From Eledone cirrhosa (Eukaryota): 64,000 nt of DNA. The notes below the pieces were generated by a model. The model had not been told where the DNA came from and did not search any database. It saw nothing but the letters and a program-made list of their open reading frames with translations. Shown here one piece after another: positions 29,325 through 43,756 of this stretch (its first letter is position 1; each line of letters begins with the position of its first letter). The stretch lies in contig OZ024746.1 of assembly GCA_964016885.1 (NCBI GenBank), positions 47,616,001 to 47,680,000 on the forward strand. The letters run 5' to 3'. The translations under genes were made by a program, and so were the position numbers.

Positions 29325-29355
<31 letters not shown>

Positions 29356-29662
29356 ATATATATATATATTAATATATATATATATATAATATATATATAT
29401 AATATATATATATATATAATATATATATATATATAATATATATAATATATATATATATATAATATATATATATATAATATATATCTATATATATATGTAA
29501 TATATATATATATATAATATATATATATATAATATATATCTATATATAATATATATATATATATATAATATATATATATATAATATATATCTATATATAA
29601 TATATATATATATATATTATATATTATATATATATATATATAATATATATATATATATAATA

Positions 29663-29695
<33 letters not shown>

Positions 29696-29696
29696 C

Positions 29697-30033
29697 GGAT
29701 TAACAAATAATAGTTAAATGCAGTCCACTTAGGTGAAGTCCAGTTATGGTATTCCAGATAGTTTATTGATAGCATTGTTGTAATAATTGTTGTTGTTTAT
29801 TGTTCTAATTGAATGCCATAACTACTCCATATTTTCTTTTATTTTCTTGCCTGTGTATTTTCTTCATTCTCGCATGCTCCGAAGATCTGACTGGTTATAA
29901 TTCTGTATTGGCGATCGAGTGACGCAAAATTAGGCGGATAGCGATCTCTAGACATACCAGTTCAGTGAAACAAATGTAAGCTATGTGATTAAAAACTTTT
30001 TTGTATAGCAAACCATGTAAACCTTCTTTCCTG

Positions 30034-30037
<4 letters not shown>
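29697..30037. mobile_element. PLE terminal-repeat fragment with internal inversion and variant hammerhead
   Basis: Homologous to 53079-53403. The left ~80 bp is in the same orientation as that copy and the right ~170 bp is inverted. (TA)n on both sides. Confidence 0.75.
29873..29985 (+). ncRNA. Variant type I hammerhead motif (CCGAAGA core)
   Basis: catgct-CCGAAGA-tctgactggt...accagttcagt-GAAA-caaatg-TA-agctatg. Stems I, II and III can all be drawn. Confidence 0.6.
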
Positions 30038-30073
<36 letters not shown>

Positions 30074-30135
30074 TATATATATAATATATATATATATATA
30101 TAATATATATATATATATATCTAATATATATATAA

Positions 30136-30167
<32 letters not shown>

Positions 30168-30205
30168 ATATATATATAAATATATATAATATATATATAT
30201 ATATA

Positions 30206-30257
<52 letters not shown>

Positions 30258-30262
30258 TGTAA

Positions 30263-30303
<41 letters not shown>

Positions 30304-30369
30304 TATAAATATATATATAATATATATATAAATATATATAATATATATATAAATATATATAATATATAT

Positions 30370-30422
<53 letters not shown>

Positions 30423-30480
30423 ATATATATATATAATATATATGTATATATATATTATATATATAAATATATATAATATA

Positions 30481-30780
30481 TCATCATCATCATCATCATT
30501 TCATTTTACATCCGCTTTTTCCCTGCTTGCAAGGGTGGGATGGGAACTGATGCTGGCTTGATTTCTACAGCTGGATGCCCTTCCTAACACCAACCTCATT
30601 TACAGTGAGTGCTGGGTGCTTTTTTGCCGTGGCACCTCCACGACCACTTTACAGTGGAATGATAGGGACACCAGTCCCTATCATCTCATTTCTACAGCTG
30701 AGTAAACTGGAGCAATGTGAAATAAAGTGCCTTGCTCAAGGAAACAACACATCACCCGGTCTGAGAATTGAACTCACAAT
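30481..30780 (-). mobile_element. SINE head (V/Meta-like core) joined to an RTE-derived 3' tail
   Basis: Minus strand: gagttcaattc B-box, then tccttgagcaaggcactt core, then ttaggaagggcatccagctgtagaaa, ending in (GAT)n. Confidence 0.75.
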
Positions 30781-30871
30781 ATAATATATATATAAATATA
30801 TATAATATATATATAAAAATATATAATATATATATATATATATAATATATATATATATATATAATATATAT

Positions 30872-30924
<53 letters not shown>

Positions 30925-30961
30925 ATATATAATATATATTATATATATATATATATAATAT

Positions 30962-31071
<110 letters not shown>

Positions 31072-31521
31072 ATAATTAATAATCTCTCTAATTGCAACTG
31101 CCGCATTAAAAATAAATGTCCTCTCAACAACCATTGCCTCGATAAAAACTTAATTTATGAATGTAAAATTATAACTAGCACCAATTCCTTCACCTATTTT
31201 GGCTCCACTTCCACCTCTTTTAAAGCTCGTCTCTATAATCATCATTCATCTTTCAAATACAAACTTAAAAGAACTAACACTGCTCTCTCAGAACTCATAT
31301 GGTCCTTAAAAGACAAAAACATTAAATATAACATCTTTTGGAAAAAGATTTCTTCTGCATCCTCATACTTGAACAGCTCTCTATCTAAAATCTGTAATCT
31401 CTGCCTAAATGAAAAATTTACCATTATCTCTAACCTAGAATCTATAATAAATAGACGCTCAGATTTGTTTTCTATCTGCCTGCATAAATTCCATAGAACT
31501 TTTCACAAAGTATACAGTTAA
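31072..31521 (+). pseudogene. GIY-YIG endonuclease domain of a PLE (stop-free, no start codon)
   Basis: NCNCRIKNKCPLNNHCLDKNLIYECKIITSTNSFTYFGSTSTSFKARLYNHHSSF...TALSELIWSLK...ICNLCLNEK...INRRSDLFSICLHK...YS*. It was missed by the ORF track. Confidence 0.92.
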
Positions 31522-32520
31522 TATTCAATTCTTTATCAATTTAGAATCTTTTTTCAAAGGCACATATACATACACCTCTTTAAAATATACCCATCTACCT
31601 TACTTTAAAGGGCATTTATACACTCTATAATACTTGTTTACTCATTACCCTCATTCTATCTTCTCGTAAAATAATAACATTTGTTTTTGACATTTTGAAT
31701 ATTCATCCGCAATCATTATTATTTTTTCTCTCTATCATAAATCTTTTTAATCTCAATTTCATCCTTAATTTATTATTATTTTTTTCTCCCCATCAACGAA
31801 CTCATTATTAATACATACCAATTCAATATACAAACTTTAACTTCACATTATTTTTCTCAAATCCTTCTACACTTCTCAAATCCTTCTACCTTAACAATTT
31901 TTCTCTTCGCTAATTTTGAAATTGCCACAATACATACATTTCTTCTTTTGACGTTAGAATATTCACCCACAATTATTATTTTTTTCTCTCTATCTTCATA
32001 CATAATTTCCCTTCGTTAATTTTCAAATTCCTTTAATTTATACATTATCTTCCAACGGTTCCCAACCTCTCTATATTAAAACAATATATCTTTTTCTCAG
32101 TTATAAAAACTATCTCTTTCTCTCTATCACCCATCTCTCCCTCTCCACCTTCACTCTCATCTCCTCCCCCTTTTTTTCATCCTTTCCACCCCCCCTCCCT
32201 AAATAAAAAATTTTTCCTCGCACATATCCTCCCTTCGTTAATTTTCAAAATTTTTAATTTATACAGTATCTTCCAACGGTTTTCAACCTCTCTATGTAAA
32301 AAATATATCTCCTTTCAGTTATAAAAACTATCTCTTTCTCTCTATCACCCATCTCTCCCTCTCTTCTCCTCCCCTTTCATCCTTCCCCCCCCCCTCTCTA
32401 AATAAAATATTTTTCCCAATATCACACATCAATCTAAAACCATTTTTCATATTTTTCATATGTTGATTTAAAACTGCACTATCCACAAGTGTTTTTTAGC
32501 CGTCATATCATGTTCTCCTG

Positions 32521-32587
32521 TTTTATCTGATGAAAACACAAATATTATTGCTTGATGATGTTTGTTTTTGAAATGCGCATAATAAAA
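32521..32587 (+). ncRNA. Type I hammerhead ribozyme motif
   Basis: ttttat-CTGATGA-aaacacaaatatta/tgatgtttgttttt-GAAA-TGCGCA-TA-ataaaa: 6-bp stem I, long stem II, palindromic stem III, AUA cleavage triplet. Confidence 0.88.
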
Positions 32588-32710
32588 TATATGGAACTCC
32601 TTTAACCATCTTTTGATCTTATATTATGCATACTCCAGTCCCACAAACTGTAGAGTGCTTCTTATCCGATATCTGCATTGCTTTATTGTACTACAATAAA
32701 ACTCACCTCC

Positions 32711-32834
<124 letters not shown>

Positions 32835-32844
32835 TATATATATA

Positions 32845-32968
32845 TCAGTTCCTGTATGAGCAAGGCATGGTCAGCCGACCAGACACTGCCCACAACAGGA
32901 CAACCCGTCTAACCCATGCTAGCGTGGAAGAACGGACGTAAAACGGTGATGATGATGATGATGATGAT
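32845..32968 (+). mobile_element. Short RTE 3' end
   Basis: aacccgtctaacccatgctagcgtggaagaacggacgtaaaacggt followed by (GAT)n. Confidence 0.8.
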
Positions 32969-32983
32969 ATATATAATATATAT

Positions 32984-33015
<32 letters not shown>

Positions 33016-33281
33016 ATATATATATATATAATATATATATAATATATATATATATAATATATATAATATATATATATATAATATATATAATATATATATA
33101 TATAATATATATAATATATATATATAATATATATAATATATATATATATATATATAATATATATATATATAATATATATATATATATAATATATAATATA
33201 TATATATAATATATATAATATATATATATATATAATATATAATAGAAAGATTTGAATGGATACAGTTTAGTTGAAAGGAAT

Positions 33282-33398
33282 TTATTGACACGTGTTTCTA
33301 TAACAGTTACATAACCTAAAACAGCTATCTACAAACTTTTAGTTATGCAGACATTCAATATTTCAATGTTATTATTTACTGTCATTTCATCAGAATAA
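33282..33398 (-). ncRNA. Type I hammerhead ribozyme motif (mirror copy of 34704-34820)
   Basis: Reverse complement of the motif at 34704-34820. Confidence 0.82.
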
Positions 33399-33964
33399 TA
33401 TTACTGAGGACCTATTTAGTTTTTATAGAGAATATTAGGAGGGAGGGGTGAAGTTGTTAGAAGAATAGTTGAAGGAGTGGTTTTTCGATAGCAGTGAGAA
33501 TTCTTGGTGGCAGTGAGTAATTAGATTCCCATCTGTTGTTTTGACATTTTTTATAGAATATATTATTGGTTATTTTTCTAAATCTATAGAAGGATTAGAG
33601 ATAGTAAAGATATGCGTGGTTGGTTTTGTGTTTGCACTTAATTAACATTCAGACTTAAATTTTTCTTTCAAGTGTACGTATCCTTTCACCCACGCATTCA
33701 CACACAAATATATTTGCACACCTCTACAAAATACATATACTCACAATTCACATATTCATACTTACATATATATACACATGCATACACATATATATACACA
33801 CATGTATTCATATACATACATACGCGCACATGTGTATACATTTTCATACTCAACTTATCTTTATATACACACGTATAGACACACTCATATATACATACAT
33901 ACTCTAGTCCATGTGTACACACATACACATACTTACACATCCATATACACATATATACATACAT

Positions 33965-34037
<73 letters not shown>

Positions 34038-34703
34038 CATATATACATACACATACATATACACATATATACATACATATATATATATATAAGCACTTTA
34101 ATACATGAATACACTTACATCTAACTATACACATCAAACATATATATATATTTACTTATTTATATACATTTTCACATATATATACATACTTATGGACGTT
34201 TTTAGACACATTCATTATCGCATATTTGTACCTATTCTCATCAGCATATCTTTTCATTATTAGTATGGTAATTTAAGGTTATTAATATATATGAATACAT
34301 GTGTGTATATATATGTGTATGCATGTGTATATATATGTAAGTATGAATATGTGAATTGTGAGTATATGTATTTTGTAGAGGTGTGCAAATATATTTGTGT
34401 GCGAATGCGTGGGTGAAAGGATACGTACACTTGAAAGAAAAATTTAAGTCTGAATGTTAATTAAGTGCAAACACAAAACCAACCACGCATATCTTTACTA
34501 TCTCTAATCCTTCTATAGATTTAGAAAAATAACCAATAATATATTCTATAAAAAATGTCAAAACAACAGATGGGAATCTAATTACTCACTGCCACCAAGA
34601 ATTCTCACTGCTATCGAAAAACCACTCCTTCAACTATTCTTCTAACAACTTCACCCCTCCCTCCTAATATTCTCTATAAAAACTAAATAGGTCCTCAGTA
34701 ATA

Positions 34704-34820
34704 TTATTCTGATGAAATGACAGTAAATAATAACATTGAAATATTGAATGTCTGCATAACTAAAAGTTTGTAGATAGCTGTTTTAGGTTATGTAACTGTT
34801 ATAGAAACACGTGTCAATAA
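34704..34820 (+). ncRNA. Type I hammerhead ribozyme motif with long stem II
   Basis: ttatt-CTGATGA-aatgacagt...actgttata-GAAA-CACGTG-TC-aataa, with palindromic stem III and a GUC triplet. Confidence 0.82.
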
Positions 34821-35149
34821 ATTCCTTTCAACTAAACTGTATCCATTCAAATCTTTCTATTTTTCTCCGGATTACTTTTGGAACTACAACTGGAACCGTC
34901 GAGCAAACTCTACGTGAGCTGATAATCTACTGTGTGTAATATTTATATTACAACACAACGGAAAATACTGTATATAATATATAATATATATATATAATAT
35001 ATATAATATATATATATATAATATATATAATATATATATATATAATATATATAATATATATATATAATATATATAATATATATATATATAATATATATAA
35101 TATATATATATATAATATATATAATATATATATATATAATATATATATA

Positions 35150-35318
<169 letters not shown>

Positions 35319-35417
35319 TATATATAATATATATATATAATATAATATATATATATATAATATATATATATATAATATATATATATATATAATATATATA
35401 TAATATATATATATATA

Positions 35418-35534
<117 letters not shown>

Positions 35535-35810
35535 ATATAATATATATATATATATATATATAATATAATATATATAATATATATATATATATAATATTTA
35601 TAATATATATATATATAATATATATAATATATATATATATAATATATATAATATATATATTATAATATATATAATATATATATATAATATATATAATATA
35701 TATATATATAATATATATAATATATATATATATAATATATATATATATATATAATATATATATAATATATATAATATATATATATAATATATATATAATA
35801 TATATAATAT

Positions 35811-35877
<67 letters not shown>

Positions 35878-35888
35878 ATATATATATA

Positions 35889-36148
<260 letters not shown>

Positions 36149-36162
36149 TATATATATAATAT

Positions 36163-36234
<72 letters not shown>

Positions 36235-36264
36235 ATATATATATAATATATATATATATATTAT

Positions 36265-36330
<66 letters not shown>

Positions 36331-36486
36331 TATATATATAATATATATAATATATATATATAATATATATAATATATATATATATAATATATATAATATA
36401 TATATATATAATATATATAATATATATATATATAATATACATAATATATATATATATAATATATATAATATATATATATATAATAT

Positions 36487-36517
<31 letters not shown>

Positions 36518-36530
36518 TAATATATATAAT

Positions 36531-36562
<32 letters not shown>

Positions 36563-36579
36563 ATATATATAATATATAT

Positions 36580-36636
<57 letters not shown>

Positions 36637-36650
36637 TTATATATATATAT

Positions 36651-36692
<42 letters not shown>

Positions 36693-36704
36693 TATTATAT
36701 ATAT

Positions 36705-37015
<311 letters not shown>

Positions 37016-37032
37016 TATATAATATATAATAT

Positions 37033-37075
<43 letters not shown>

Positions 37076-37109
37076 ATATATATATATATATAATATATAT
37101 ATAATATAT

Positions 37110-37216
<107 letters not shown>

Positions 37217-37351
37217 ATATATATTATATTATATATATATAATATATATATAATATACATAATATATATATATATAATATACATAATATATATATATATA
37301 ATATACATAATATATATATATATAATATATATAATATATATATATATATAA

Positions 37352-37551
37352 NNNNNNNNNNNNNNNNNNNNNNNNNNNNNNNNNNNNNNNNNNNNNNNNN
37401 NNNNNNNNNNNNNNNNNNNNNNNNNNNNNNNNNNNNNNNNNNNNNNNNNNNNNNNNNNNNNNNNNNNNNNNNNNNNNNNNNNNNNNNNNNNNNNNNNNNN
37501 NNNNNNNNNNNNNNNNNNNNNNNNNNNNNNNNNNNNNNNNNNNNNNNNNNN
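37352..37551. other. Assembly gap
   Basis: 200 consecutive N. Confidence 1.
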
Positions 37552-37605
37552 CACTGTGGGCCCCCTGGGAACCACTTGTCATTGAGCAACCTGGCCAGTC
37601 CGCCA

Positions 37606-37669
<64 letters not shown>

Positions 37670-37690
37670 TGTATATATATATATATATAT

Positions 37691-37875
37691 AGTGTTTAGA
37701 AATGTAATGGAAACACAAGACAATTCCACTCTTCAGTTGTCTGCTGTGGGTCACGGATTTTCGACGCATTGAGACCCACACCTGACAACGGAAGAGGGGA
37801 ATTGTCTTGTGTTTCCATTACATTTCTAAACACTCTTTATTAGTAACCACACAGCACCTTGTCTCTTTTAATTTT

Positions 37876-37877
<2 letters not shown>
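37691..37877 (+). mobile_element. Fold-back mini-element family C (62-bp arms + tail)
   Basis: Arms at 37691-37752 and 37773-37834 with few mismatches, then a ~43-bp tail. (TA)n on the left, (TG)n on the right. Confidence 0.75.
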
Positions 37878-37913
<36 letters not shown>

Positions 37914-37979
37914 TGTATAAATATACACACACATACACTCACGCACACACACACAATATATATGTATGTATGTATGTAT

Positions 37980-38436
37980 CGAAGGGCAAGGGAGCTCTTA
38001 AGAGTCAATAGCCATCCAAAATCACCGGGAGAGATGACCCCTTAGCCTTTGTCAAGGCAGAATTCTAGGAGAAGGAAAACTCTGATATAACACCTGCAAC
38101 CCTGATGGTATCCAATGATGTTGACTTGTTCTTCTTTTTGGTAAATATCATCTTGGTTAAGAGAGTGGGACTGGCTTTGTGCAGTGCCTTTGCTCACTAT
38201 AAAAGCTTCACAGCACAGGCATTGCTTTATATCTGGAGATCTCTCTGCACTTGTCATCACATGGTACCATGGGCCCAGCACTATGTGTCAATAATGGTCA
38301 CAAGTGTAGTCTTTGTACCAGAGTTTTCAAGTCGCTGGCTGGACTAAAAAATCACACTCTTTCAGCGCATCGGTAGGGGTTCTCCTACATGGATATAAAG
38401 TAGTGGCCGTACTCGAAAACGAGTTGGCAGCCACCA
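37980..38436. repeat. (TGTA)n-associated interspersed repeat, copy 1
   Basis: Highly similar to 39054-39447 and shares conserved blocks with 40003-40379. Flanked by tgta repeats. Confidence 0.85.
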
Positions 38437-39053
38437 TGTATGTATGTATACATATATATATATAATGTATAATAAACAATACAATATAATTACCTCATTA
38501 CCAGAGGTTTCCCGAATAAGACGAATACAAGAAACGTATATATATATATGCAGCATATTTATGCATGTGTGTGTCTGTGTGTGTATAAGTGTGTGTATGA
38601 GTGTGCGTGTGTATGCGTAACTGTGTTTGGTTTATATTCTCAAAAATGTGTGCATATTTTGAAAAGAAATACAAAATAGTCAAATAGTCACAAAAAAAAA
38701 AAAAAATTGACAACAAAAAAATAACAAGAAAATCCAATGTCTTTATATCAAGTGAACAGGAATTTATGGATGGAAATAGATGAAAATATAATTAAATGCT
38801 GCAGATTAATATTTATATAAACATGGATTTTTCGTGTTGGACGAAACTAAACGTGTTGATGCGTCTGCATATATATGAAGCAACGTGATATATGAACATA
38901 CGGGTATATCAATACATGTTTTTGGTACTACGTATGTACGTGTGTTTCTACAATTAAATGCATAAATATGTACGTACACCTGACCATTTTTATAAACATA
39001 AAGATGCTTATATATATCTATATCTTAAGGAATATATGTATGTATGTATGTAT

Positions 39054-39447
39054 GATGACCCCTTAGCCTTTGTCAAGGCAGAATTCTAGGAGAAGGAAAA
39101 CTCTGATATAACACCATGGTATCCAATGATGTTGACTTGTTCTTCTTTTTGGTAAATATCATCTTGGTTAAGAGAGTGGGACTGGCTTTGTACAGTGCCT
39201 TTGCTCACTATAAAAGCTTCATGGCACAGGCATTGCTTTATATCTGGAGATCTCTCTGCACTTGTCATCACAGGGTACAATGGGCCCAGCACTATGTGTC
39301 AGTAATTGTCACAAGTGTAGTGTTTTTACCAGAGTTTTCAAGTCGCATGCTGGACTAAAAAGTCACACTCGTTCAGCGCATCAGTAGGGGCTCTCCTACA
39401 TGGATATAAAGTAGTGGCCGTACTCGAAAACGAGTTGGCAGCCACCA
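39054..39447. repeat. (TGTA)n-associated interspersed repeat, copy 2
   Basis: Direct repeat of 38033-38436, with (TGTA)n on both sides. Confidence 0.85.
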
Positions 39448-39520
39448 TGTATGTATGTATGTATGTATGTATGTATGTATGTATGTATGTATGTATGTAT
39501 GTATGTATGTATGTATGTAT

Positions 39521-39967
39521 GTTCTTCTGGTTTTATAATTTCACAAAGTTTTACCAATAGAGAGAGAGTCGGTTTCTAACATAGACACAAGACTCTCTCA
39601 TTGGAATTTACACAACATCAACTAGGTAGATATGTATGTATGTCTGCATGCATGCATGTGTATGTTTTGAGTTGTATGTGTGCATGTGTATATGCTTTGT
39701 ATCTGTACATGTGTATATGCAGTTATTAGATGCAAAATTTTTGGAATGTTTTACATATTTTTACTGTTCCATTAATGGATTGTACTTGTAATTTCCTAAC
39801 TAGTTGTGTTCTTTCTGTTCCTGTGAAGCCTAGCTTCTCAAGATTTGTATTGAGGCAGTTACTAGCATATCCCAGTGCCCCATTAATCACAGGCATAAAT
39901 CTGAAGGTGTAATCAGGGTGGAGTATCTGGAGATTTCTCATCAGTTCTGCATAAATATTCTCCTTTA
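39521..39967 (-). mobile_element. R4/Dong-like non-LTR element 3' end (restriction-like endonuclease C-terminus + 3' UTR) in (TACA)n
   Basis: KENIYAELMRNLQILHPDYTFRFMPVINGALGY...LEKLGF...VRKLQVQSINGTVKICKTF* fits the K..KY..L...P...GALG pattern of RLE domains. (TACA)n on both sides. Confidence 0.82.
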
Positions 39968-40002
39968 TGTATGTATGCATGTATGTATGTATGTGTGTAT
40001 GT

Positions 40003-40379
40003 ACAAGACCCGACGAAGGGCGGAGTAACTCAGCAGAGTTAACGGCCATCCAATTAGTACTTTTTTTAACCTGGGAGTGAAAGGCCCCCAGTTGTTGTCA
40101 CAACACCTTTCTAGGAGAGGGAAACTCTGAAAAAAAAAAACCTACGGCTACGGAAGCATCCGATGATATTGACAAGTTCTCTTTTCGGGTAGTGTTTTCG
40201 ATGCTCAGAGAGTGGGATTGGTAGAGTGAAAGGCCTTTCCCCACTTAAAAAACCTTCAAAGAACAGGCATTGCTTATTCAGGATCTGTTACAGGTTTGTG
40301 TGGCTGGCCGTAGCCGAAAAGTGCACCAGTTTCTGTAATCTGACAAGCAATATTCTTAGCAGAGCTTGCAGCCATCATC
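40003..40379. repeat. (TGTA)n-associated repeat, diverged relative of 37980-38436
   Basis: Shared blocks in the same order: gaagggc, agagtYaa..gccatccaa, ttctaggaga.ggaaactctga, agagagtggga.tgg, acaggcattgctt, tggccgta..cgaaaa, gcagcca.cat. Confidence 0.75.
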
Positions 40380-40493
40380 TATGTATGTATGTATGTATGT
40401 ATGTATGTATGTATGTATGTATGTATGTATGTATGTATGTATGTATGTATGTATGTATGTATGTATGTATGTATGTATGTACGTGTGTGTGTA

Positions 40494-40555
<62 letters not shown>

Positions 40556-40556
40556 T

Positions 40557-40609
<53 letters not shown>

Positions 40610-40612
<3 letters not shown>

Positions 40613-40820
40613 TCTGGTTTTATAATTTTATAAATTTTTACCAATAGAGAAAGAGTCGGTTTCCAACATAGATACAAGACTCTCGCATTGGAATTTGCAG
40701 AACATCAACTAGGTAGATATGTCTGCATGCATGCATGCATGTGTGTGCAGGTATAGATGTTATTGTATGTGTTATTGTGTATGTTTTGAGTTATATGTGT
40801 GCATGTGCATATGCTTTGTA
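40610..40820 (-). mobile_element. Second 3' UTR copy of the R4/Dong-like element
   Basis: Matches 39525-39705 (ttctggttttataattt...accaatagaga...gagtcggtttc...aacatcaactaggtagatat). Confidence 0.8.
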
Positions 40821-41694
40821 ATAGCAACCAAATTTCGCTCAATCCTCACTCGAAACTTAAAAGAGGAAGAAGACATTGGGTAATGTAACCGTGAATGTAC
40901 AAATGGGGTAGCATGTTCAGGATGACTGGACCTTCATTCATAGGCTTGTTTAATTAGCACTGACCTACATTTAAACAATATCTTCAAGTCCCTAATTTTT
41001 TAAAGGAATAATTATATTCAGTAAAGACGACGAATTAGCAGCGCCATGATAGAATTCTTACAGCATTCGTTCCAACACTCGTTCAAAACGCGCCGAGGTC
41101 AATTTTGCCTTTTATCCTTTTGAGTTTGATATAAAATGTACCTCCCTATTACTGGAGTCGATTCGTCCTCTGTACTTCCTTTTCCCTTCCTCTCTATCGT
41201 ACACTTTATTGAGTGTGTTCTGACCTGGAGAGAGGATAGGTTCTGCAAGGTTTACGTAAAATGCGCTGTATGTCAGTACGGTGCCCATGGGTCCAAACAT
41301 ACATACATTCAGTAAAGAAAATAGGAGAAATAAAGCGTTCTGGCCTTGCTGTGCTTTCAAGTGGCATTGAAATCAGCTCAGTAAATGGAAGTTGCCTCTA
41401 GAAGAAATCGATGCAGCGTCGTACATCCATTTAACCGTAGTCTTACCATGCTTCCGCCATTCACTTCAGCATATCATCCAACCATGATAAGCATTGTGGC
41501 CAATTTACTGAGATAGTTAATGCTAACTCTGCATGCATAACACTATCTTAATATCTGATTGTTTTCTTCCAATATGTATCCATAGACATATACATATGTA
41601 TGTTTATGTTTGCATACGACTGTACACGATGTATATATACATGTACAATTTTTCCTGCATTTATACAATACATATATGTATGTATAGTCATAGC

Positions 41695-41738
<44 letters not shown>

Positions 41739-42504
41739 ATACACATACATGTGTGAGTGTGTGTTGGTATATTGTGCATATACTATGTTTCTCTCTCTTT
41801 ATATATATATATATATATATATATACGTGTGCATTTACTGTGGCGAATACACGTATGTATGTGTGTATGTGTGTATGTGTGTATGTGTGTATGTGTGTAT
41901 GTATGCATATATGTATGCATATATGTATGTATACTCAACACCTCCACCATTTTCCAGAGATCTCGAACACCGATTAGCAGAGAATGGCCTACAAGCACAC
42001 GACCTTGAGACAAAATGTCTGATGTTATCATACCGACCGAAGATCACTGCATCACTGCAAATTCTCGCGGAAGTATTCTTAATCTCTTTTGGCCGTAGAC
42101 AAATGCGATGTTATCATGAAGGGGATGGAGAAGGTTGTTGGGAAAATGGTAAAGGAACCGGGAGGGAAATGTTTAGCTATTTGATTAGAATCTGCTTATC
42201 GACAATATACACACGTGTTATGTATATATGTATGTATGTATCTGTGTATGTATGTATGTATGTATGTATGTATGTATGTATGTATGTATGTATGTATGTA
42301 TGTATGTATGTATGTATGTATGTATGTATGTATGTATCTGTGTATGTATGTATGTATGTATGTATGTATGTATGTATGTATGTATGTTGTGTAGTGTGCT
42401 CGTTTATGCGTGCACAGCTATGTGAGTTTGTGTTTGTGCATATGTGTATACGTGTGTCTTCTGTTTGTTGTGTGCGCACACACACACACATATATATATA
42501 CATT

Positions 42505-42663
42505 TTAGAGTAACGGACTTTTCTGTTGATTATATACGAACGAAACAGTTCTAGTCCTGTAGATGTCATTTCTATATAAAATTAAGATGTCTATACTCTA
42601 CTAACGTATTGAGTACCCTTTTTTAAACTGTGATTACCTCCCGGAACCCATCAGGAAGCCCCA
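42505..42663 (+). mobile_element. PLE terminal fragment, family E (hammerhead 3' half + tail)
   Basis: GAAA-CAG-ttctagtc-CTG-TA at 42542-42561 and a tail homologous to 62575-62687. TA flanks. Confidence 0.7.
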
Positions 42664-42776
42664 TATATATATATATTTACACACACACACATAAATACAT
42701 ACATACATACATACATACTTATATAAGCGTGAATCTATTACCTAACACCTTACGTAACTGTACTCCTTATATATAT

Positions 42777-42809
<33 letters not shown>

Positions 42810-42868
42810 CATATATACTGTGTATATATATATATATATATACTGTGTGTATATATATATATATATAC

Positions 42869-42950
<82 letters not shown>

Positions 42951-42953
42951 TAT

Positions 42954-42987
<34 letters not shown>

Positions 42988-43088
42988 CGTTTCTGAATTT
43001 GGCAACATGACCCTCCCAAAGTATAACAATATATATATATATACATATATATATACACATATATATATATATATATATACACATATAT

Positions 43089-43183
<95 letters not shown>

Positions 43184-43186
<3 letters not shown>

Positions 43187-43345
43187 AATTAATATCTAGT
43201 AACATATATATACATACAGATGCATATCAATGCTAGCAAATATATAGGTTTTGTCTTAGTAACATTGTGGTTCAATGCATGGGGTTGCAGAACAATAATA
43301 TGAGAGACGTAAAATAAGAAAATTATAAAATTAACTTATTTTACG

Positions 43346-43355
<10 letters not shown>
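43184..43355 (-). mobile_element. Fold-back mini-element (~20-bp arms + tail)
   Basis: tatgagagacgtaaaataag...cttattttacgtctctcata hairpin abutting (TA)n, with a unique tail on the left ending in (TA)n. Confidence 0.6.
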
Positions 43356-43412
<57 letters not shown>

Positions 43413-43442
43413 TATACATATATATGTATATATATATATATA

Positions 43443-43603
43443 GGAAAATGTATGACACCGACGGCAGAGCTCAAGCCGTTTTGACGGCTATTTCTGGACT
43501 ATTTCTGGTCATACTTTTTCCTATTAACCACTCTACTACCCTAAGTATTGAGTACTCTGGTGCGTTATGGTCCATCTGGTTCCTTACCACAACTCCTTCG
43601 TTA
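43443..43603 (+). mobile_element. Family A copy 2 (right arm partly deleted)
   Basis: Same left boundary (TA|ggaa) and same tail as 18547-18740. Confidence 0.85.
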
Positions 43604-43756
43604 TATATATATATATGTGTGTGTATATATATATATATATGTACGCGTGTGTGCGTGTGTGTAAATATATATATATATATCTTCGTAGCGACTGCTGGCC
43701 GCTATTTTCGTTTGGTATTTTACATGATTTTCTAAGCTATTATTTATACCAACCAG

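Larger units (their letters stand above)
33241..34970. mobile_element. PLE-type inverted insertion: ~574-bp near-perfect inverted repeat plus 3' tail
   Basis: 33241-33814 is the reverse complement of 34288-34861, with a ~470-bp spacer. A unique tail lies at 34862-34970, and the flanks are (TA)n. Confidence 0.9.
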
